From: a virus | Virus record (IMG/VR): IMGVR_UViG_3300025141_011788 | Span: 3,949-67,948 of that record | Direction: 5' to 3' (one strand) | Length of the DNA stretch: 64,000 nucleotides | Shown here: positions 57,629 to 64,000 of the stretch, in pieces | Numbering within the stretch: the stretch's first letter is position 1 | Layout: each line of letters starts with the position of its first letter | Program-made: the position numbers and the translations under genes | The notes under the pieces: model-generated | Told to the model about the DNA's origin: nothing | The model's database searches: none | Seen by the model: the letters and a program-made list of their open reading frames with translations, nothing else

Positions 57629-58440
57629 TAGTGATCCATCCCACCACCACTACCGGGGTTGGTGGTGTTCCGAGGATTACGGTTTTGAAGAGTCGCTTTC
57701 AAATGAGCCTCTCTATTAGCCGCTTCCCTGTCTCGTTGCTCTTTTGTTTTGGGCTTTGCCGCAGGAGGAGGTTTTGGGGCGCCGTGGTGGATGCCGTGAG
57801 GAAACTTAGAACTTGGTTCGAGGAAGTTACCGGCCTTGCTCCAGCCGAGGTCGTGATCGTGAAGAACCTTGAAGTTAAAGTCCATACTGTACTGTTTTGG
57901 CAGAAGCGCCACCTGATTATCGATTTTGGTCGTGATAAATCCCGCATCAATATCAGGCGCAAGGCTGAACTGCTTCATAAATCCTAATAACCCGAGTCCT
58001 GCTGGGTTTGTTATCAAGTTCGCTAGTTTCGTCCTTATAAGGGGAGGTGTGTCTATAGTTGTAACACTGACCGCCTTTCCCGTGCCGAGCTTGTTTTCCC
58101 CGTAGGTGGGGTATAGGAACTTTTGTAGTGTGCCGACTGCTGCGAGTAGTTCCTGAGCATCTGCGACATCGTAAGGCACTATTTTTATTCTTGCTGTTAT
58201 TTCCCGACCAGTGCTCTTATATATGACGATATCGTCCATGCGACCATACACAGATTCAGCGCTGGTGTTCGTTGTGAAAGTGTCATCGAAAGATTCCAAG
58301 GCAGCGGGGAGTCTAACCAGATGCCCAGTTGGAACATGAGTAAAGGTGACATATAGCCCTGAATTTACAAGATCCCCAAAACCGCTTTCTTTACTGTGAC
58401 TCTCTAAAGAGCCGCCCTTCGATTGTACATACTTACCCAT
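57628..58440 (-). CDS. tail tube initiator / baseplate-tube junction-like protein
   Basis: Position after the TMP; VYGRMD...Y.STGREI, LYPTY, PPLIR. Confidence 0.65.
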   Translation of the reverse strand: MGKYVQSKGGSLESHSKESGFGDLVNSGLYVTFTHVPTGHLVRLPAALESFDDTFTTNTSAESVYGRMDDIVIYKSTGREITARIKIVPYDVADAQELLAAVGTLQKFLYPTYGENKLGTGKAVSVTTIDTPPLIRTKLANLITNPAGLGLLGFMKQFSLAPDIDAGFITTKIDNQVALLPKQYSMDFNFKVLHDHDLGWSKAGNFLEPSSKFPHGIHHGAPKPPPAAKPKTKEQRDREAANREAHLKATLQNRNPRNTTNPGSGGGMDH

Positions 58441-58452
58441 CTATTTCGCTCC

Positions 58453-61400
58453 TTATCCTGTGGCTGTTGCCAGGTCGTACCGTTGGTCAATTAAATCAGC
58501 GACGATTGAGCCAAGTTCACGTTCCTTAAGCATTAACTTAATGGTTGTTGGTGAGCCGGATGCAGCGCCTTCTTTCTTCCCGGATTCATCAATACCTAGT
58601 ATTCGCATGATTTTATCCAACACATCTTCCTTCGTGTTCGCTTCGTCTGTAACCCTTATTACTTGATCTACCAGCTTTTCTACATTTTCGATAGAGGTTG
58701 GGTCTATCTCAACCGAAGCCTTGATGAGATTTTGAACCCCATCAAAAGCACCCTGAAGGGCAGTTGCACCCGCAACCTTATCCGCAGAGAACATGTTGTC
58801 GAGCATCGTAGATAAAGACCACAAGCCAAAGAGAGTGATCGGATTGGCGAAAGCTAGCCCAAGAGCGAAACCAGCCATAGAGAGAGCGTTCATGGCGGTA
58901 GCGAGAGAGTAAATCCCTGATGCGTCGATTGCATTTATAGTATTTAAGAAGGTGACGAAACCTTCCATGTTGGACCCGATCAGCCCTAAGCCTAACCCGA
59001 AATCAAGTAGAGAACTACCCAGTGTTGCTAACGCACCTGCACCAATAACAATCCCACCTGAATAGAGTGCTAATTTAGCAACCGCCCAAGCAATTTCACC
59101 TATTCCCAGAGCAAGAGCAGGCAGCGTAGACACGTCCACTGATTTCATCTGATCCAACGCTTTTGTGAAAGATGTTAAGGATACCCCTAATACTCCTAAT
59201 GCCGCAGAACCAATTAGAACGCCTGCTGAATAAAGTGCAACCTTGGCTGCTGCCCAGGCAATCTCGCCTATTCCGGTCGCCACTGCGGACATATTAGATG
59301 GATCGACCGAAGATATAGTGCTCATGGCAGACGCAAATGGGATTAATGCCAGGCCTAGGGCACCGATAGCTAGGGCGCCGATGAAAACCAAGGGTGCGAT
59401 TACTCCGAGCCCTGCGGCGGCGAGCCCAATAAGGCCGACGCCAAGAGCCGCTCCGATAAAGGTGCCGATGCCGACGCCTGCCATCATATTCATAGCTAGG
59501 GCGAACGGGAGTAGGGCGAGGCCAACGGCAGCAATAGCAAGAGCCCCCATAAACACGGGACCCTTGCCCAGTGCGGTCAACCCGGCGGCGAGGCCTGATA
59601 AAATACCTTTGATGCCTTTACCGCCTTTGTCGATCTTGCCGACGAGAGCGATTAGAGCTAGCCCTGGGGCCGCAAGTAAAAGAGGTGCCGAGGCGAGGAG
59701 AAGGACGCCAGCTCCAGCGGCGCCAGTGGCGAGTTGGGTCAGACCTTTTCCTAGTCCTGATAAAATGCCCTTGATACCTTTACCGCCTTTATCGATCTTG
59801 CCGACGAGGGCGATTAGAGCTAGCCCTGGGGCTGCAAGTAAAAGACCGGGCGCAGCCTTCAGTAGGTTGAACGAACCCTTTGCTACTTTGCCACCCGCTA
59901 GAGACTTTAAGCCTTCAGCCAAGTTTGATAGTTTTTCCTTTATACTTGACCCAATACTTGGTGATTTTACATCGGCAGTGTCTGTAATCCCTTCTACTGC
60001 CGTTTGAGCAGAACCTAGAGCGTCTGTTGTTTCTTTTGCGGCGGCAGGTGCTCCTGTGAGGAAGTCATAGAGTTTTGATCCAGCACTTTTTGCGCCCGAG
60101 GCAATTGATGTTAAGGTCCCTGGGATGTCCGTGAAGGCTTTTTTCAGCGTGCTGCCGAAGGAGGCAACTCCAGATGCCCCCTTTTTAAACAGCCCAGGCA
60201 GAGACATGATGCCGGCGGCCGTTTTCTTGATTAGGCCGATGCCTACGTTCATCGGTTTATTTACCAACCCCAGGAGAGCAGGCAAGGCTCCAAACAGCAT
60301 TTGTATTTTACCGTAAGCGAAACCTACGGCAGCCGTGAGAGCCACAAATGAAGCGCCGAATGCCAAAACGACTGTTATTCCTGCACCAAGCTTAGTGTCC
60401 AAGAACCAGACAAGCCCAGACAAGACATCGACAAATAACCCAATAGCAAAGATCCCGACTTTGATTGCAGGCATTGCCGCAGCTAAAAAGCTTTGGAACA
60501 ATGCCGTTATCTTATTACCAAGGGTCATAAACTCATCTGCCAGCTCTTGGGCAGTTTCCCGCCCCTTTGTCGCCTGCTTAAAGTCGTCTTCGGAACCTAA
60601 TAGGCGAGCGGCAAGAGACACGTCACCACCAGTAGCCAAGTCGGCGGCTGCTTTCTTCTCCAGTCGAGTCATCGTTTCAAATGATTTACCAGTCATGAGG
60701 AATTGGTCTCTGATCATTTGTATTCTTTTTGTTGGATCCTGTTCGTTCATCATCGCAACTGCATTCAGGTTCAGTCCCATTTGTGCATTTAATTTCCCGA
60801 CTCGTGTCGCTGCCTCTTCAAAAGTATCATACCCTTCAGCTATTGACAACAAGTCCTTCATGTCTACGCCAAGAGAACGTGATTGCTTAGCCAAGTTGAT
60901 AAAAGTAGACTCAGCGTCGTCGCCGAACTGAACAAGATCTTTTCCCATATCCTTGAACACAGAGGCAAGCTTCGTAGCTCCGATGCCAGTTTCGGTTCCG
61001 AGTTTAACTATTGACTGGCTGAACGCAATCGTCGCTTTTGTGCTGCGACCAAGCGTGTTCATCATCGTACCAGCGATAGAACTGAAATTTTCGGCGCCAA
61101 GGCCTGCTTTCTCATATGCAACGGCTTGTTCTATTAATGCAGCACGATCAGATTTAACTATAGAGGTCAGCCGGGGCAAGTCATCCTGAAGAGCCTTAAC
61201 CGCTACGGAGTTATCCTCAAGGGTTGCACCAAATTTTGCCGTGCTTTGCCACGCTGCGGTGGTCTCGCCGCTGAACTGTTCAACTAGACCAGTCGCCTTC
61301 CCTAGAGTTTTATAAGCATCGTGTACCTTAATCACCTCTTGAGAAAGTTTTGTTGACAGACCGACCATTCTGTTGAGCGAAGCCTCGGCAGCCTTTTGCC

Positions 61401-61737
61401 TTTCTGCTGTGGCTTCGGAGAGGGCCTTTTGCCTTTTTGCCTCTGCCTCGTCGTCCTTTTTCTTTTGGTTAGCGATTCTTTCTTCCTGAACAGCTACCTT
61501 CTGAAGGTGTTCAGATCTTTTGACCACTCTCTCTATAGCTGCCTTGTCTAACTCACTGTTCTTCTTTAGTTGGAGTTCCTCAGCTTGGATAGTTTTTAAA
61601 CGATCTTTAAGAAGATCTGCCATCTTCCCCGACGAAGCGGCAAGGCTTTTTTGAAGATCTGCCTGCTTTGTTAGTAACCCTAACAGTTCTTTTTCTGCGG
61701 TGGCCTGGGCCTTCGGGTCTATGGGATTATCAGCCAT
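58453..61737 (-). CDS. tail tape measure protein
   Basis: 1094 aa; coiled-coil N-terminus, Ala/Gly/Leu-rich hydrophobic repeats; between tail chaperones and baseplate. Confidence 0.88.
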   Translation of the reverse strand: MADNPIDPKAQATAEKELLGLLTKQADLQKSLAASSGKMADLLKDRLKTIQAEELQLKKNSELDKAAIERVVKRSEHLQKVAVQEERIANQKKKDDEAEAKRQKALSEATAERQKAAEASLNRMVGLSTKLSQEVIKVHDAYKTLGKATGLVEQFSGETTAAWQSTAKFGATLEDNSVAVKALQDDLPRLTSIVKSDRAALIEQAVAYEKAGLGAENFSSIAGTMMNTLGRSTKATIAFSQSIVKLGTETGIGATKLASVFKDMGKDLVQFGDDAESTFINLAKQSRSLGVDMKDLLSIAEGYDTFEEAATRVGKLNAQMGLNLNAVAMMNEQDPTKRIQMIRDQFLMTGKSFETMTRLEKKAAADLATGGDVSLAARLLGSEDDFKQATKGRETAQELADEFMTLGNKITALFQSFLAAAMPAIKVGIFAIGLFVDVLSGLVWFLDTKLGAGITVVLAFGASFVALTAAVGFAYGKIQMLFGALPALLGLVNKPMNVGIGLIKKTAAGIMSLPGLFKKGASGVASFGSTLKKAFTDIPGTLTSIASGAKSAGSKLYDFLTGAPAAAKETTDALGSAQTAVEGITDTADVKSPSIGSSIKEKLSNLAEGLKSLAGGKVAKGSFNLLKAAPGLLLAAPGLALIALVGKIDKGGKGIKGILSGLGKGLTQLATGAAGAGVLLLASAPLLLAAPGLALIALVGKIDKGGKGIKGILSGLAAGLTALGKGPVFMGALAIAAVGLALLPFALAMNMMAGVGIGTFIGAALGVGLIGLAAAGLGVIAPLVFIGALAIGALGLALIPFASAMSTISSVDPSNMSAVATGIGEIAWAAAKVALYSAGVLIGSAALGVLGVSLTSFTKALDQMKSVDVSTLPALALGIGEIAWAVAKLALYSGGIVIGAGALATLGSSLLDFGLGLGLIGSNMEGFVTFLNTINAIDASGIYSLATAMNALSMAGFALGLAFANPITLFGLWSLSTMLDNMFSADKVAGATALQGAFDGVQNLIKASVEIDPTSIENVEKLVDQVIRVTDEANTKEDVLDKIMRILGIDESGKKEGAASGSPTTIKLMLKERELGSIVADLIDQRYDLATATG
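59594..59845 (-). repeat. internal duplication in the TMP, 162-bp period
   Basis: 59594-59683 and 59756-59845 both encode LLAAPGLALIALVGKIDKGGKGIKGILSG. Confidence 0.9.
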
Positions 61738-61746
61738 CTAGGTCAC

Positions 61747-62079
61747 CTACTTGATAGGCCAAGTAATGCCTGTTTCCTTCTCAAACTTCTGGATTGACTT
61801 CTGGAGTAGTTGTCTGTTTTTGAAGGTTAGCGGGTCATCGAGACCGTATTTCTGTACAGCGGTCATATATCTTTTTTCCCCGACAAGGGTGTCAACGAAG
61901 CGGCCGACTTCAATTCGGTTGCCTCTTACTTTTACCGGGACCTTGATTCCTCGAAACATCTTCTCGATGAGGTATTGTACCCAGGCGGCAAATACCATCA
62001 TCATGTTTTCATTCAGTTCGCCACGGCGGTTAGCACCGAGGTCGATCTCTATATTGGAAAAGTCATCAGGATTTTTCAT
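61747..62079 (-). CDS. conserved hypothetical protein upstream of the TMP
   Basis: CTACTTA at 62108-62114, GAGGT RBS. Confidence 0.75.
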   Translation of the reverse strand: MKNPDDFSNIEIDLGANRRGELNENMMMVFAAWVQYLIEKMFRGIKVPVKVRGNRIEVGRFVDTLVGEKRYMTAVQKYGLDDPLTFKNRQLLQKSIQKFEKETGITWPIK

Positions 62080-62124
62080 TACTTATACCTCGTTAGTCCC
62101 TACTCTATAAGTAGTTATAGGTAC

Positions 62125-62153
62125 AAAAAGAGGAGGATCAGCTACCTCCTCTT
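62125..62153 (-). terminator. intrinsic terminator
   Basis: AAGAGGAGG-TAGCTGAT-CCTCCTCTT followed by TTTG; overlaps the TAG of the frameshift ORF. Confidence 0.65.
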
Positions 62154-62348
62154 AGCCTTTGCTTTCGCAGCAGCCTTCTTTTGTTCCTCATTTTCTTTCT
62201 TAATCTGGTCAGCTAGACGCTTTAGGAACCATCTGCGGAGTTTAATAGGTAAATTATACGCCTCAAAGAAGCTCCACCCTCCGTAGTACTTTAACTGAAA
62301 GAATTCCTCATAAACTAGGCCAGAATACTCATCATTTAGGCCAAAAAA
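62142..62348 (-). CDS. gp51-like tail/baseplate assembly segment with no start codon (frameshift extension)
   Basis: FFGLNDEYSGLVYEEFFQLKYYGGWSFFEAYNLPIKLRRWFLKRL...; no in-frame ATG/GTG/TTG. Confidence 0.7.
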   Translation of the reverse strand, partial: FFGLNDEYSGLVYEEFFQLKYYGGWSFFEAYNLPIKLRRWFLKRLADQIKKENEEQKKAAAKAKAKRR

Positions 62349-63195
62349 ACTCCGCAGTTAACGGAACCTCCACCTCTTCTTCATGCCCGCAGCTTTCGCA
62401 AGCGAAATTCTGATGAAGAGTTAGATTTGGAGCCACCTGAGCGTATGTTTCTCGGATAAAGCGAGAATCTCTGGCTGGACATGCAGCGATGAACGAAGAT
62501 ACGACATTTGGGGTAGTGTCGCCGGCAATAGATACCACAATGTGACGCAGCTGGTCGGTCAAGGCAGTCTCGCCGAGCTTTAGCTTTTTCTTTTGCTTCT
62601 GGGATTTGATCATAGACTGTTCATCAGTGCCAGTTAGTAAGCGACACTCGACTTCTAACTGAAGCAGTGGCAGGGTGAAAGTAAAAGTCCCCTTATCGGT
62701 GAACTCGACGCCTTCGACGCCTTCGCCGGTTGTAATTCGCTGAGCTTCCTCTAAAAGGAACTCATAACGTTGTCGAGTCTCGCAAGCAGGACAAGTAACC
62801 GTAGTGTTATACTCGCTGCCGTAGCCGGTGATGCGAGTAGCCACCAAGATGGCGTTCTTGTCCCCAACTAGGAGATTATTTGCTTTTACTCCCTTATCAA
62901 GAACCACACTCTCGATAAGACGGTCAAGGACTACACCGTTCTTAATAAGAGCCTGGGATGTTAGGATATCTTCCTCTTTCGCTGTCATGAAGCGGACTTC
63001 TACGGATTCCTTATTGTGAAGTGGATGACCTTCACTATAGAATCTCCCCCCTGAAGGCAAGGTCACGATTTCCGTTGGAGTGCTCCAAGAAAGAGGTGCC
63101 TGTCCTGTTGAAGAGGGTCCTACTGCGACAGCAGGTGCAGGGGTTTCTGCGGTAAGCGTAGTTGCCCCTAGACGATCATTATTATTTCTACTCAT
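62332..63195 (-). CDS. gp26-like baseplate hub / tail assembly chaperone
   Basis: LPSGG..Y, MTAKEEDIL, CPAC and CESC Zn pairs, ends FFWPK. Confidence 0.8.
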   Translation of the reverse strand: MSRNNNDRLGATTLTAETPAPAVAVGPSSTGQAPLSWSTPTEIVTLPSGGRFYSEGHPLHNKESVEVRFMTAKEEDILTSQALIKNGVVLDRLIESVVLDKGVKANNLLVGDKNAILVATRITGYGSEYNTTVTCPACETRQRYEFLLEEAQRITTGEGVEGVEFTDKGTFTFTLPLLQLEVECRLLTGTDEQSMIKSQKQKKKLKLGETALTDQLRHIVVSIAGDTTPNVVSSFIAACPARDSRFIRETYAQVAPNLTLHQNFACESCGHEEEVEVPLTAEFFWPK

Positions 63196-63258
63196 TTATA
63201 AAACCTTTCTTAGCTCTATGCTAATACTTTTCTTTTCTTTGTTTCCCGAGATTATCGG

Positions 63259-63792
63259 TTATGCGTCCTGCGGTATAACAGTGCCGTGTACAGTCATTTC
63301 TGCCCAGTCATATTCGATGCTGAGGCTGATTTCGGTTAATTCTTCGTTGTCATATGCTAGTTCGCCGTACTCAACCTTGGAGATCCAAGCGTTGTGAAGC
63401 TTCCAAGTCTCGACTGAGCCGCCATCAGAGTCGATCTGATCGATCTCGACGCTGCCGAGGGCGCTGATTGCAGCTGCCTTGTTTATCGTTGTCAAGTCGG
63501 CTAGGCCTGCGTCCGGTGCTACATAGCCAGCAGACTCAACAGCAGCTAAGACGGTGCGTGCCATGTCTGGATTGACCGGATCTACAACCGTGACATCAAT
63601 AGGCGACTGCCAGGTTAGCTTACCAGGGTATCTAAATTTGTGATTTAAAAAGTCATGTTCGACGACGGCTACCTCAAGAGAGGGCTTAGAGACGGTCTTG
63701 ACAACCCAGACGGGCCAACCGCCAATATTTAATATAAATCTAAATCCTCTTTTGGGATCTGAGTTTGGTGCTGACCAGAAGATGTCTGCCAT
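63259..63792 (-). CDS. tail tube protein (gp19-like)
   Basis: PKRGFRFIL, YPGKLTW, ETWKLHNAWI, L.IEYDWA; follows the sheath gene. Confidence 0.88.
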   Translation of the reverse strand: MADIFWSAPNSDPKRGFRFILNIGGWPVWVVKTVSKPSLEVAVVEHDFLNHKFRYPGKLTWQSPIDVTVVDPVNPDMARTVLAAVESAGYVAPDAGLADLTTINKAAAISALGSVEIDQIDSDGGSVETWKLHNAWISKVEYGELAYDNEELTEISLSIEYDWAEMTVHGTVIPQDA

Positions 63793-63842
63793 TTTTATGT
63801 TCTCCTATAGTTCCTATATTATATATGGTTTATTTCCGAATT

Positions 63843-64000
63843 TTAATCGTCAAATGACGCCCCGGAGTTTGTAATAACGAAGTCTAGTGCGAAGAACTCT
63901 ACTGAGCGGGTTGGCTTGAGTAGGATCTTAGCGTAGATTGCGTTGCGATCTACTAGATCTGGTGTTGTTGTAGTTTCATCTAGAATCAACTTGAAGTCGT
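63843..64000 (-). CDS. tail sheath protein, C-terminal fragment
   Basis: ...DFKLILDETTTTPDLVDRNAIYAKILLKPTRSVEFFALDFVITNSGASFDD*. Confidence 0.88.
   Translation of the reverse strand, partial: DFKLILDETTTTPDLVDRNAIYAKILLKPTRSVEFFALDFVITNSGASFDD

Larger units (their letters stand above)
1..64000. other. Segment of a large lytic myovirus (jumbo-like phage) genome
   Basis: Tail sheath/tube/tape-measure/baseplate genes, phage-type SSB, UvsX, helicase, DnaE and NrdJ, and dense small hypothetical ORFs. Coding is almost all on one strand; no cellular housekeeping operons and no integrase. Confidence 0.93.

Noticed and set aside
1-64000. Alternative genetic code (stop reassignment)
   Set aside because: Long conserved genes are uninterrupted in code 11, and TAA, TAG and TGA all end genes at tight junctions.

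Overview
This window is 64 kb of a large lytic myovirus (jumbo-like dsDNA phage) genome. It uses the standard genetic code and nearly all genes are on the minus strand. From the right end (transcription direction) the order is: (1) tail morphogenesis (sheath C-terminus, tube, gp26/gp51-like chaperones, tape measure, baseplate); (2) replication and nucleotide metabolism (short PolA-like polymerase, degenerate tubulin-like protein, gp32-type SSB, RecA/UvsX, deaminase, 5'-3' exonuclease, DnaB-type helicase, class II RNR, DnaE, dUTPase, IMPDH); (3) proteostasis and envelope genes (GroES, GroEL, ClpP, glutaredoxin, amidase, SLT); (4) a long accessory region with an aminotransferase and a restriction-modification island; (5) an early region with a MoxR-like AAA/VWA pair, where most genes have their own sigma70-like promoter. 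The strongest unexplained signals are: an MTase+REase cassette bracketed by a 112-113 bp direct repeat that carries its promoter; apparent absence of CGCG; a strand-polarised AATCTCGGGAAACA-like motif at gene ends; a CTAYTTA promoter class linked to proteins with capsid-targeting-like leaders (nuclease-like, kinase-like, ART-like cargo); and a probable +1 programmed frameshift in the tail chaperone. I saw no tRNA, rRNA, CRISPR array, intein or integrase. All calls come from reading motifs by eye; no database search was run.
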